NCBI GenBank assembly: GCA_046347625.1
Contig: JAXMFU010000001.1
Span: 671,512 to 735,511, forward strand
Reading direction: 5' to 3'
DNA from: Candidatus Competibacteraceae bacterium
GTDB taxonomy: Bacteria > Pseudomonadota > Gammaproteobacteria > Competibacterales > Competibacteraceae
Length of the DNA: 64,000 bases
This document shows, piece after piece, positions 43,480 to 53,028 of this stretch (positions within the stretch are counted from its first letter, which is position 1; every line of letters starts with the position of its first letter). The notes under the pieces are model-generated. The model searched no databases. It worked only from the letters and a program-made list of their open reading frames with translations, and had not been told where the DNA came from. Made by a program: the position numbers and the translations under genes.

Positions 43480-44190
43480 GTGAATTCGGACAATCACCGA
43501 AGAGAGTCAACCCAACTGAAGAATCTCAAGAGAACAATGCAACAGCAACTGCAAATCCTGTGTCCCGAAGACGTGAACACTATTCCCCATGCAGTGGGCA
43601 CCCAGTACCGCATGATCGTCCCCGGCGGCTTTGTTCCCGGTCACTTGCAGATGATCTATGTCTATCTGCTGTCGAAGAAAATCGGCAAGGTCAGTATCTA
43701 TCGGCATCAGGGATGCCGGTACCCGGTCGTGGGGCGACTCGCCGCGCTGACGGTAGGATTGTTTCGGGCCTTGCCGAAACTGCCGGTCGAAGTCATCTGG
43801 ACTCGACCTGCCGCCACTCCCGTGAACCCGATCGAAGTGGTCGTCATCCAGTGCGTCGATTGCCGCTATCAGGACCTGGGCCGTTTATCATCGACCCTGC
43901 ATGATCCGCTCGAAGAAGGCAGGGCGCTGTTGGTCAGAGTGCCGGGCGCTCGTGCTCCCCGAACCTTGTTGACGACCTTACACAGGATAGCGCCTTCACC
44001 AAAGAAGGTCATCGTGCTCGCTCATCCGGACTGTGCCTACGAAAAATACTTTTTTATACCCTCGTGGGCGCGGTGGTGGTGGCGCGGTAAGCGTCCGGCG
44101 GAGTGGACCTTCGCGGCGGCTAAAAAGACATGGTCCAATGCAGAGGTCGTCCTGGTGGAGGATGATCACCCGGCGGGTGTCCCGCATTAG
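43480..44190 (+). CDS. Hypothetical protein with several Cys pairs (CPEDV, CRYPV, CVDCRY, HPDC).
   Basis: ORF only. The start may be the internal Met MQQQLQIL. Confidence 0.4.
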   Translation: MNSDNHRRESTQLKNLKRTMQQQLQILCPEDVNTIPHAVGTQYRMIVPGGFVPGHLQMIYVYLLSKKIGKVSIYRHQGCRYPVVGRLAALTVGLFRALPKLPVEVIWTRPAATPVNPIEVVVIQCVDCRYQDLGRLSSTLHDPLEEGRALLVRVPGARAPRTLLTTLHRIAPSPKKVIVLAHPDCAYEKYFFIPSWARWWWRGKRPAEWTFAAAKKTWSNAEVVLVEDDHPAGVPH

Positions 44191-44242
44191 CGGGCCGGCG
44201 GCGAATCTCCAGAGAGGCGGTGCCGGCCGGCGCTGAACCGCC

Positions 44243-44662
44243 TCACTCGCCGATGATTTTAACCAGTGCCCGTTTTCTCCGCCGGCCGTCGAATTCGCCG
44301 TAGAAAATCTGCTCCCAGGGACCGAAATCCAGACGACCCTCGGTAACGGCGACCACCACCTCCCGTCCCATTACCTGGCGTTTGAGATGGGCATCGGCGT
44401 TATCCTCCCCGGTCAGATTATGGCGATACCGGCTGGTCGGTTCATGCGGCGCCAGCTTTTCCAGCCAGACATCGTAATCGTGATGCAGGCCGCTCTCGTC
44501 GTCGTTGATAAACACCGAAGCGGTAATATGCATGGCGTTCACCAGTACCAACCCTTCCTTGATACCGCTCTCCCGCAGGTATTCCTGTACCTGCGGGGTA
44601 ATGTTGATAAACCCGCGTCGGCTGGGAACGTTGAACCAGAGTTCTTTACGATAGCTTTTCAT
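44243..44662 (-). CDS. yjbQ: YjbQ-family (UPF0047) secondary thiamine-phosphate synthase.
   Basis: Contains [19 protein letters not shown] and [22 protein letters not shown]. Confidence 0.85.
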   Translation of the reverse strand: MKSYRKELWFNVPSRRGFINITPQVQEYLRESGIKEGLVLVNAMHITASVFINDDESGLHHDYDVWLEKLAPHEPTSRYRHNLTGEDNADAHLKRQVMGREVVVAVTEGRLDFGPWEQIFYGEFDGRRRKRALVKIIGE

Positions 44663-44934
44663 AAATCCTCCAAGGTAATTCGGAGTACGTGAACATCGCG
44701 TCGCTTAGATTCGCTTCCTACCGAGCCGATCGTAGGCCGGAATAAGCGGAGCGTTTCCGGCGTTCCCGGGCTGACCACCGATGGGTGGGAAATGGCAGGA
44801 ACGGGCCGGCGTGCCGTAACCCGACGCTGCGAACGAACGTAGACAAAGTATAGCGTGCAAGGCAGGCGTGGCTAAGCCGGAACCATGGCGCGGCGGTAGT
44901 GTAAACTATCTATTTTTGGGGGTGCCAGCTGCGC

Positions 44935-45125
44935 AGGTTCCCCTGTCGGGTTACGGCGCACCCGTAATGCTTCTGCTGTTTGCTTACTCGGTAGTGAGCG
45001 CGCCTAACCCGACCTATAGGATTTTTACAGCTCCTGGTTAGTTCCCCTGTCGGGTTACGGTGCGCCCGTAATGCTTCTGCTGTTGGCTTACTCGGTAGTG
45101 AGCGCACCTAACCCGACCTACAGCA
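44935..45125. repeat. Two tandem copies of an ~85-nt REP-like unit (cccctgtcgggttacgg(c/t)gc(a/g)cccgtaatgcttctgctgtt(t/g)gcttactcggtagtgagcgc(g/a)cctaacccgacc).
   Basis: Near-identical direct repeats whose ends contain the family-C core, gtcgggttacgg / taacccgac. Confidence 0.65.
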
Positions 45126-45152
45126 TTTTCACGGTAACGACGACACCAGCCC

Positions 45153-46244
45153 ATGCCAACCCTGACCGTAGATCTTGGCGAACGCAGTTATCCCATCTAT
45201 ATCGGCGCCGGCCTGTTGGCGCGGGCCGATTTATTGCAGCCCCATATTCCCGGCCGCCAAGTGCTGGTGGTCAGCAACGAGACCGTCGCGCCCCTGTATT
45301 TGCAGCAGACGGAAGCGGCACTGGCAGGCTTGCAACACGCCGCCGTGATTCTGCCGGACGGCGAACAGTACAAAACGCTGGAGGTGCTTAACCGGGTTTT
45401 CGACGCCCTGCTGGAACGGCGCTTTGGTCGTAATTGCACCCTGATCGCCCTGGGCGGCGGGGTGATCGGCGATATGGCCGGCTTTGCCGCCGCCTGCTAT
45501 CAGCGCGGAGTCCATTTCATCCAGATTCCCACCACCCTGCTGGCTCAGGTGGATTCTTCGGTGGGCGGCAAGACCGGGGTCAACCATCCGCTGGGGAAGA
45601 ATATGATCGGGGCTTTCTATCAACCCCGCTGTGTCCTGGCCGATACCGATACCTTGAATACCTTGCCCGACCGCGAACTTAGCGCCGGTCTGGCGGAAGT
45701 GATCAAATACGGTCTGATCCGCGATCTGCCCTTTCTGGAATGGCTGGAAGCGCATCTGGAAGCCCTGCTGGAGCGGCAACCGGCGGCGCTTAGCTATGCT
45801 ATCGAACAATCCTGCCGCAATAAAGCCGAGATTGTCGCCGCCGATGAGCGGGAGAGCGGTCTGCGGGCACTGCTCAATCTAGGGCATACCTTCGGTCACG
45901 CCATCGAAACCGGCATGGGCTATGGTCTCTGGCTGCATGGTGAGGCAGTGGCGGCCGGTATGCGGATAGCGGCCGATTTATCGTCCCGGTTGGGTTGGTT
46001 GCAACCGAACGAAGTGGAGCGGGTGATCGGGCTGCTGCGCCGTGCCCGTTTGCCGGTACGATCACCGGCGGAACTGGGTAATGATAAGTTCCTCGAGTTG
46101 ATGGCGGTGGATAAAAAGGTTCAGGATGGTCGCCTGCGCTTGATTCTGCTGCAAAAACTCGGCTACGGCATTATTGCCGAGCAGGTCGATCCAGTTCTGT
46201 TGCGAGCGACCCTGGAGGTCTGCCGTCAGTCGAGCGGCGACTGA
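45153..46244 (+). CDS. aroB: 3-dehydroquinate synthase.
   Basis: Contains [14 protein letters not shown] and HGEAVAAG. 363 aa. Confidence 0.9.
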   Translation: MPTLTVDLGERSYPIYIGAGLLARADLLQPHIPGRQVLVVSNETVAPLYLQQTEAALAGLQHAAVILPDGEQYKTLEVLNRVFDALLERRFGRNCTLIALGGGVIGDMAGFAAACYQRGVHFIQIPTTLLAQVDSSVGGKTGVNHPLGKNMIGAFYQPRCVLADTDTLNTLPDRELSAGLAEVIKYGLIRDLPFLEWLEAHLEALLERQPAALSYAIEQSCRNKAEIVAADERESGLRALLNLGHTFGHAIETGMGYGLWLHGEAVAAGMRIAADLSSRLGWLQPNEVERVIGLLRRARLPVRSPAELGNDKFLELMAVDKKVQDGRLRLILLQKLGYGIIAEQVDPVLLRATLEVCRQSSGD

Positions 46245-46348
46245 GAGTTCGCTTAGAACACTGGTAAAAGCGAGCCATGCTGGCGACCGCACCGGCGTGC
46301 CGGTGCCTGCTCGATTCGCGAGCAAACTCTTCATTGAAACCGCTGCCG

Positions 46349-47329
46349 TCAGGTCCGTCGCTTCAGCCGTGTTGTGACGGCAATTACCGCGAAGGTGGCA
46401 CTGCTGTAAAGCAGGTAAAGGACATGCAGGCCGGCGGCGCCGAACATAAACCGTGGGCCTCCACAGCGCGCGAAAAAGCGATACAAGCCGGCGTTGAGTC
46501 CCGCGATCAGAGCGAGTGCCAGCAGCGCGCCGACAGCGGCCCAGGGTCGGAACAGGCCGACCACCAGGCAACTCAGCGCGATCCAGGCGGCCAGGGCGCT
46601 CAAGCGACTTTTGCTGTCCAGATTCAAGTCATTGGGCAAGGTCCGGTCGCGCATAATCAACTCCGTCCAGGGAATGGCCCGGTCCCGAATATCGGCGCGC
46701 AACAGTCCGGTAAACGTCCATTCCTTCAGATGGGTCGCCTGTACGTCGGGACATAGGCGAATCCGATAGCCCGCCCGGCGCAGGCGCACGCCCAGTTCGA
46801 TATCCTCGATGGAAGGACGGAGATAGCTTTCATCGAAGCCGCCGACGACCATGAAAGCCTCGCGGCGGATGGCGCCGCAACCGGTCCAGAAGGTGCCGGC
46901 TTCGCGGCGGGCGTGCTGGTGGACATAGTGATGCATCAGGTTCTTATAGCGGGCTGTCAGGCTGCGCCCGGGTGGCACGGTGTCATAGGAACCCATCAGC
47001 GCGGCGACCTCCGGTTCGGCACTCAGATAATGCTCCATGAGAGCGACGGTATCCGGGTGAACCACCACATCGGCATCGAAGAAAAGCAGAATATCCCCTT
47101 GGGCGGCGGCGGCGCCGTGATTACGTGCCACGGCCGGTCCATGGGGAGCGCCGGGCAGGGAAATGACCCTGGCGCCCAGATTGCGCGCCACCTCCGCCGA
47201 GGTATCGGTGGAGGCGTCGTCGACCACGATAATCTCGTCCGGTTGCCGTCGTCCCGAACGCAAGCCCTGCAGACAGCGGTGCAGGTGGTCGGGATCGTTG
47301 TGAACGGGAACAATAGCGGACAATAGCAT
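46349..47329 (-). CDS. Family 2 glycosyltransferase.
   Basis: SAIVPVHNDPDHLHRCL ... IIVVDDASTD (DXD motif). Confidence 0.8.
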   Translation of the reverse strand: MLLSAIVPVHNDPDHLHRCLQGLRSGRRQPDEIIVVDDASTDTSAEVARNLGARVISLPGAPHGPAVARNHGAAAAQGDILLFFDADVVVHPDTVALMEHYLSAEPEVAALMGSYDTVPPGRSLTARYKNLMHHYVHQHARREAGTFWTGCGAIRREAFMVVGGFDESYLRPSIEDIELGVRLRRAGYRIRLCPDVQATHLKEWTFTGLLRADIRDRAIPWTELIMRDRTLPNDLNLDSKSRLSALAAWIALSCLVVGLFRPWAAVGALLALALIAGLNAGLYRFFARCGGPRFMFGAAGLHVLYLLYSSATFAVIAVTTRLKRRT

Positions 47330-47554
47330 TAATTTTTTCTCGTCAGTACTTTAAGGTTGCTAATTCTTCCGGTGAAATCAGGCGTAGTAACCATAGCAAA
47401 GCAAAGCCGGGTAAGCGGCGATAAGCAGCCGTACAGTAGCCCGTCGGTCCGACTGGAATACCGCAGTTGGAGTAATGATAAAAACAGGTAAACGGATGTT
47501 AGTGAACCGTTATAATAATAACCTGAAATCAGATTTACTGAGAGATAAGACGAT

Positions 47555-48412
47555 ATGAACAATATCAAGCTGTCACTGTTGCGCGGCATCTGCCAGATGC
47601 CGGCCTATGTGGCCTATGAGAAGGGGTTCCTGAAGGATGAAGGATTGGAAGCGACATTGGAAATTGTGGCTACGGCCTGGCTGGTGCCCGAGAAGCTGGC
47701 CAGCGGTGATTGTCAGTTTGCCGTAATGCCGTGGACGCGAGTTGCAGCGGCCGAACTGGAAGGACTGCCGTTGGTATTACTGGCCGGTTCGGGATATGAG
47801 GAGGCGGCGATTGTCCTGCGCAATGGGATTTCCCCGGCGGAGGTCAGTAAGGTGGCCATTCCGCTGCGCGGCGGCATCAAGGACCTGACGGCAATGGGCC
47901 TGATCAAGTCGCTTGGCTGGGAAAACGTCCAGCAGATTCGGCAGCCGTCCGGCGACGGCGCAATCATCGCGTTGTTCGGGCAGGGAGCGGATGCCGCCTC
48001 AATGGTGGAACCGTACGCGACGATGATGGAAGGGTTAGGCGTGGGCAAAGTGATCCGGCGCACGGGCGATTTGTGGAAGGGGGCGCCAGGATGTTCGTTG
48101 GCAACGACAAAACCGTTCAGAGATCGCACGCCCGATGTGGTGGAAGGTGTGGTGCGGGCGTTCGCGCGCGGGGTCCAGTTTGTGAAGGAGAACCCACAGG
48201 AGGCTGCGGAGATGGCGTCCCGTTACATCGGTGTCAACAGCCGGTTCATCTGCGCGGCGTTGAAGAACAACCAGCCCAACGTGGATGCTATCCGTAACTC
48301 TCGAGCGATGGCGGAAATTCTCGGGCTGATGCAGCAACTCGGATACATCCACACGCTCCCGACCGACTACGTGGATTTAAGTTTTCTCGACAAAGTCGGC
48401 GCCATTCAATGA
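47555..48412 (+). CDS. NMT1/THI5-like substrate-binding-fold protein (SsuA/TauA-like) with no obvious signal peptide.
   Basis: GYLKDEGLE ... LASGDCQFAVMPW pattern of the NMT1/ABC substrate-binding-protein fold. Confidence 0.55.
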   Translation: MNNIKLSLLRGICQMPAYVAYEKGFLKDEGLEATLEIVATAWLVPEKLASGDCQFAVMPWTRVAAAELEGLPLVLLAGSGYEEAAIVLRNGISPAEVSKVAIPLRGGIKDLTAMGLIKSLGWENVQQIRQPSGDGAIIALFGQGADAASMVEPYATMMEGLGVGKVIRRTGDLWKGAPGCSLATTKPFRDRTPDVVEGVVRAFARGVQFVKENPQEAAEMASRYIGVNSRFICAALKNNQPNVDAIRNSRAMAEILGLMQQLGYIHTLPTDYVDLSFLDKVGAIQ

Positions 48413-49941
48413 GGCTGGGACGGATCAGGCAACTGGTGCACTTGGCGGGCGGCTTCCGCCGGTTTCTGCAAACGCCGGTCAGCTACGATCAAGCTGTCGG
48501 CGATATTCGCCGGCGGCTGGAAAACCGTGACCGCGATTTCAGCGCACTCGCCCAGCGACTGATCTACGACATTCCGTCCAGCCCATACCGCAAGCTGCTG
48601 TTGTGGGCCGGCTGTGACTGGGCCGATCTGTGCGCGAACGTGAAAACGCACGGTCTGGAGAAGACACTGAAACAGCTTTGGGATGCCGGGGTGTACCTGA
48701 CGTTGGAGGAATTTAAGTCGGGTATTCCCATCAGTCGTCCTGGGTTGAACATCGAGACAGGCGAGAGCGACTTCGATAATCCGTTTCTGGGCAGTCACCG
48801 CCTCGAAGGCGCCACCAGCGGCAGCCGGGGGCGGAGCACGCGGGTAGCTTACGACTGGGAGTTCATCACCGAGGAGAGCGCGCACGAGCTGTTGTTATAC
48901 ACCATGCACGGTGTGCTGAACGCGCCGACCGCACTTTGGTTTCCCGTCCCGCCCGGCATCGCCGGCATCCATAACCTGCTGATGAACCTCAAAATGGGAA
49001 GCGTACCTGAAAAATGGTACTCACACACACCGACCGACGCCATGCTGTTGGAAGCGCGGCTGGCACTCCGGTTCATTCACTGGATGAGCAGTTCACCGCG
49101 CCCCGAATTCGTCGACCTCTCCCAGGTAGACCAGGTTGTTGCCTGGCTCGCCGGCGCCTGCGCGAAGCGCGGCATCGCTGTGGTACGGACGTACGGCAGT
49201 TCGGCCGTTCGCCTCGCTCAAACCGCATTGGCGTCCGGCGTTGACATCAGCGGCAGCATCCTGTTCGCCGGGGGTGAACCACTCACTGAACATCGCCGGT
49301 GCTTTATAGCGTCCACTGGCGCGAAGGTATTCCCGCGTTACATCACCACCGAAAGCGGTCTTGTCGGCGCCGCCTGCCCCCATCACAACGGGACCGACGA
49401 CATGCATTTATACAAGGATCGGCTTGCTGTGATCGAACGGGAGGAACGGTTGTTCTATACATCTTTGACCGCGCACGCCGGCAAGATCATGCTCAATACC
49501 GATTTGGGTGATTGCGGGGAACTCACCACCAAGCCTTGCAATTGCCTGTTCGGTGAGTTGGGATTTGACCAGCATCTGTCAAACGTGCGCAGTAACCAGA
49601 AACTGACGGTGGAAGGGATGACGCTGTTGGCTTCCGAGTTGTACCGCGCCATCAGTGTTGCCGTCGAGACCGCCGGGGGCGGGCCGGATTCGTACCAGAT
49701 CCGGCAGAAGCAGGATGAGAGTGGATTGAGCAAATTGGTGATCACCCTCAGCCCTGATGTCAGCGGCGTGGAGGAGGCGAAGCTGGTTGAAGCCGTACTC
49801 GCTCACCTCCAGCGGGGCCGGCCGGCCAGTGCGCTGGCGGCGGATGTCTGGCGGCAGGCGGCGACATTGCAGATCGTGCGCGAGCGGCCGCAGTTGAGCC
49901 GGGGGCACAAGCTGTTGCCGGCGATCGAGAAAGGAACGTAA
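48409..49941 (+). CDS. PaaK / F390-synthetase / CapK-like adenylate-forming enzyme (ANL superfamily).
   Basis: A P-loop-like ATSGSRGRST and ...YITTESGLVGAACPHHNGTDDMHLYKDRLAVIE. It is a paralog of the ORF at 53025-54566. Confidence 0.6.
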   Translation: MRLGRIRQLVHLAGGFRRFLQTPVSYDQAVGDIRRRLENRDRDFSALAQRLIYDIPSSPYRKLLLWAGCDWADLCANVKTHGLEKTLKQLWDAGVYLTLEEFKSGIPISRPGLNIETGESDFDNPFLGSHRLEGATSGSRGRSTRVAYDWEFITEESAHELLLYTMHGVLNAPTALWFPVPPGIAGIHNLLMNLKMGSVPEKWYSHTPTDAMLLEARLALRFIHWMSSSPRPEFVDLSQVDQVVAWLAGACAKRGIAVVRTYGSSAVRLAQTALASGVDISGSILFAGGEPLTEHRRCFIASTGAKVFPRYITTESGLVGAACPHHNGTDDMHLYKDRLAVIEREERLFYTSLTAHAGKIMLNTDLGDCGELTTKPCNCLFGELGFDQHLSNVRSNQKLTVEGMTLLASELYRAISVAVETAGGGPDSYQIRQKQDESGLSKLVITLSPDVSGVEEAKLVEAVLAHLQRGRPASALAADVWRQAATLQIVRERPQLSRGHKLLPAIEKGT

Positions 49942-50648
49942 TGGCGGTAACGTTTGATCCTGAATCGTGGAACCGTGTGTACGACAATCCGCACGATATC
50001 AAGGATTTCGTATTCCGGCGCGGCGCGGAACTGGCGCGTGACAGCTGTCGGGAACTCATCCGGTCCGGTCACCGCTGGTTGGACCTCGGGTGCGGAACCG
50101 GCCAGTTGATGCAGTGGCTGAGTGAAGCCGGCGCCTGCGTAGTGGGGGTTGATCATGACCTGCGGATGATCGAGTTCACCCGCCGGAAAGCGGGGGGAGA
50201 ACTGCGCGGGGTGGTCGCACAGGGCGAACGACTTCCCTTTGGCGATGCCACGCTGGATGGTGTGGTCGCCACCTCCGTGATGGGCTGCATCCCGGAGGCG
50301 AAGTGCATTTACGCCGAAATGTACCGCGTGTTGCGCCCGCACGGTTGTGCGGTACTGACCTTTACCAATCGGGCCAGTTGGTTGCTGAAACTCAACTACC
50401 TCGCCACCCGGCCCGGCGGCACGAAGTATTACCTTTATGATGCGGCTGGTGTGACCCGGGAATTGGAGGGACTCGGTTTCCAGGTCCTCCAAACGCGATT
50501 CTATAACTTCGTGCTCCGTGCAGGTGGTATGTTATTGCCGCCTCCGTCGCTGGCTCGGCGGCTCGATGGCCTGGGTCGGCACCTGTTCAGCAGACATTGG
50601 GCAAGAAACTTCATCGTCGTGGCGCAGAAACGCTCTGCGGTCAGGTGA
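49941..50648 (+). CDS. Class I SAM-dependent methyltransferase.
   Basis: Contains LDLGCGTGQL and RLPFGDATLDGVV (Methyltransf_11 motifs). Confidence 0.8.
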   Translation: MAVTFDPESWNRVYDNPHDIKDFVFRRGAELARDSCRELIRSGHRWLDLGCGTGQLMQWLSEAGACVVGVDHDLRMIEFTRRKAGGELRGVVAQGERLPFGDATLDGVVATSVMGCIPEAKCIYAEMYRVLRPHGCAVLTFTNRASWLLKLNYLATRPGGTKYYLYDAAGVTRELEGLGFQVLQTRFYNFVLRAGGMLLPPPSLARRLDGLGRHLFSRHWARNFIVVAQKRSAVR

Positions 50649-50796
50649 GTGGGAGCGTGCCTTCCCAGCCGCGCTCCAACAGTGGGCATCGAGCCTGGGA
50701 AGTGGCTTCGACTCGGCAGCGTTCGATTTGCAACATCGGCTTGTTCGCCTGCCGGACCGTATTATGCAAGGTAATGCCGGCGATCCCGCACAGGCG

Positions 50797-53028
50797 TCAA
50801 CCTCCCTTCGGGCGGACTGCCCGGACCGCTACGAAATAACCCGTCAACCAGCGCGTCGGCCAGCGTGCCAGCCGCTCCCACTGCATCAGTCCTTCCAGAA
50901 ATCGCTGCTGCCGCGCCGCGTCGCCACGCCGCTGCACTGCGGCGGCCCGTTTCACGGCCAACACCCGTGGACAGTGCAACAATGCGCCCATTCTTCCGAC
51001 CTCGAACCCGGTTTCATGCAACAGCCGCCGCAGTCGTCTCGGTCCGCAGGTGACACCCACCTGGTACGGCATCAGCCCGAGCCGGTGCAGTAGCGCAAAC
51101 GGCAGCAGGTTGCGGATGGCGACCAATGGATTCGCCGCATTGTCCAGGGTCAACAGCAGTTCTCCACCCGGTCGCAACACCCGCCGCAACTCCCGCAGGC
51201 TGCCGATCAATTCCTCCTCGGTCTGAAAATGATCCAACGTCGAGTTCGATACGATGACGTCGAATACGCCATCGGTGAACGGTAACTGACGGACATCCGC
51301 GCCGATGCCCGTTCGGGCGGCCTGCACGGTGGTCAATGCGATATCGATGCCGACCACGAACCGGGCGCGGGAGACGAGTTCCCCGTATAGACCTCCGCCC
51401 ACCGCTTCGTCGAACAGGTCCGTCTTCAACACCCGTTCCACCGGCCGTTGCGGCCACCATGACGCCAGCCATTGTCGGTTCACCGCGTCGCTGTGCGCGC
51501 GCCAGAGCTTATCGGGTTGCGCCTGTCGCCAGTCAGCACCGACCTTGTCCCAATAAAGGAGATCGTCCGATACCGACGGTTTCGTCCCCGTTACCAGCGA
51601 CCAGGCCAATGCAATCTCGCGCCGACTGAACTCGCCCAGTACCAGATATCCGACCAGTACCAACAGCGAGAGGGCTACCAGCTTCACCACCAGCATTATC
51701 CCGCTCGCCGGCCAGAGCGTCGCCAGCGCAAAGGTACCAGTACACAACAGTACGCTGCGCCCTAAAGAGGCCGCTGGCGGCGCCACGCGCCATAACCGCC
51801 GGACCGCTCCCACGGCCAATGCCGCGCCGCACACCGTCAGGCCGGTCGTCACTACCGCCGCTCCCATGGCGCCAAAGGGTGGAATCAGCAACAGATGCCC
51901 GACCAGTCCCAGTGGTACCAGTGGCCCGGCAATGATGAAGGTCCAGTTTGCCTTTCCTCCCGCCGTCAGGATGCCATTCGTCACCCCCAACAAAACTCCC
52001 GCCACCGCACCGAAAATCAATACCGCCAGCAGCGGTCCGGCCGCGGCGAACTGCACCCCGGCGATCAGCCGCACGATCTCACCGGCCGCCCCGGCGCTCA
52101 ATCCCGCCAACGGCAGCAGCAGTAACACTAACCGCATCGCATCGCGCGCCATGAGGTGGGCGTGTTGTTCCCGGCCATCGCGCAACAGCCGCGTCAGCGT
52201 CGACAGCAGCAGCGGCGAGAGTGACGCCGCAAAAATCCCAAACACCACCGTCAAGTTCTGCGCCATGCCATAGATACCGGCCTGTGCGGCAGTCGCACCG
52301 AGCGCTTTCAACATCAACAAATCCAACTTGTCGAACACGCGCAGCGCCATCGCACACAGAAACAACGGTACTACCGCCTCCCACAACCGCCGTACCGGAA
52401 AATCCGCCGGGCCGAACAGCGCAGGACGGATGAACCGGCGGGCGATGGCCAACTCGATTACCGACGTGCCGATGCTGGCGACAATCGCGCCATTGACGGA
52501 GAACCCTGCCAGCCCGACCAGCGCCAGGACCAACACCAGCCGCACCGTCCAGCGGACGGCACTCAGCCAGGCGCGTTGACGGAATCCGCCGGTGCCGATC
52601 AAGATATTGCGGTGGGCGTGCGCGAGGCTGAAGAGCGGAATATCGATAGCGAACAAGCGCAGATACCCGGCCAGGGTCGGTTCGTCCAACAGGGCGGCAA
52701 TCGGCCCGGCCAGCGCCACCAGCAGCACGGCGCACGCGACGCTGACGCCCAGGTGCAGCCGCACCACCAGCGTGCCCACGGGCCGCCAGTCCGACACTTC
52801 GGCGATACACTTATACGTGGCGCGCGCGAATATCGCCGTGATGGTCCATTCGATCCAGGTGACCAGCGTTATCGCCAGCGTGAACAAGCCGTACCCGTCT
52901 GCACCGAGCCGCCGTGTCAACACTACCGTCGCGATCAGACCGGCTGGCAGGATCAATGCTTCGGCGAGGAACACGCGGACCGTGCCGTCCAGAATACGGT
53001 GGCCTGCGGCTGAAGGTCTAGGCTTCAT
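50797..53028 (-). CDS. Fusion protein: an N-terminal Wzx-like polysaccharide flippase (MOP/PST family, about 480 aa, roughly 12-14 transmembrane helices) joined to a C-terminal class I SAM methyltransferase domain.
   Basis: Long hydrophobic N-terminal portion. The C-terminal VVGIDIALT ... LPFTDGVFDVIVSNSTLDH ... LRPGGELLLT are methyltransferase motifs. Confidence 0.7.
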   Translation of the reverse strand: MKPRPSAAGHRILDGTVRVFLAEALILPAGLIATVVLTRRLGADGYGLFTLAITLVTWIEWTITAIFARATYKCIAEVSDWRPVGTLVVRLHLGVSVACAVLLVALAGPIAALLDEPTLAGYLRLFAIDIPLFSLAHAHRNILIGTGGFRQRAWLSAVRWTVRLVLVLALVGLAGFSVNGAIVASIGTSVIELAIARRFIRPALFGPADFPVRRLWEAVVPLFLCAMALRVFDKLDLLMLKALGATAAQAGIYGMAQNLTVVFGIFAASLSPLLLSTLTRLLRDGREQHAHLMARDAMRLVLLLLPLAGLSAGAAGEIVRLIAGVQFAAAGPLLAVLIFGAVAGVLLGVTNGILTAGGKANWTFIIAGPLVPLGLVGHLLLIPPFGAMGAAVVTTGLTVCGAALAVGAVRRLWRVAPPAASLGRSVLLCTGTFALATLWPASGIMLVVKLVALSLLVLVGYLVLGEFSRREIALAWSLVTGTKPSVSDDLLYWDKVGADWRQAQPDKLWRAHSDAVNRQWLASWWPQRPVERVLKTDLFDEAVGGGLYGELVSRARFVVGIDIALTTVQAARTGIGADVRQLPFTDGVFDVIVSNSTLDHFQTEEELIGSLRELRRVLRPGGELLLTLDNAANPLVAIRNLLPFALLHRLGLMPYQVGVTCGPRRLRRLLHETGFEVGRMGALLHCPRVLAVKRAAAVQRRGDAARQQRFLEGLMQWERLARWPTRWLTGYFVAVRAVRPKGG

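Noticed and set aside
50518-52810. Many ORFs antisense to, or off-frame within, the flippase-methyltransferase gene.
   Set aside because: GC-rich frame artefacts. The long minus-strand ORF has coherent transmembrane and methyltransferase motifs.
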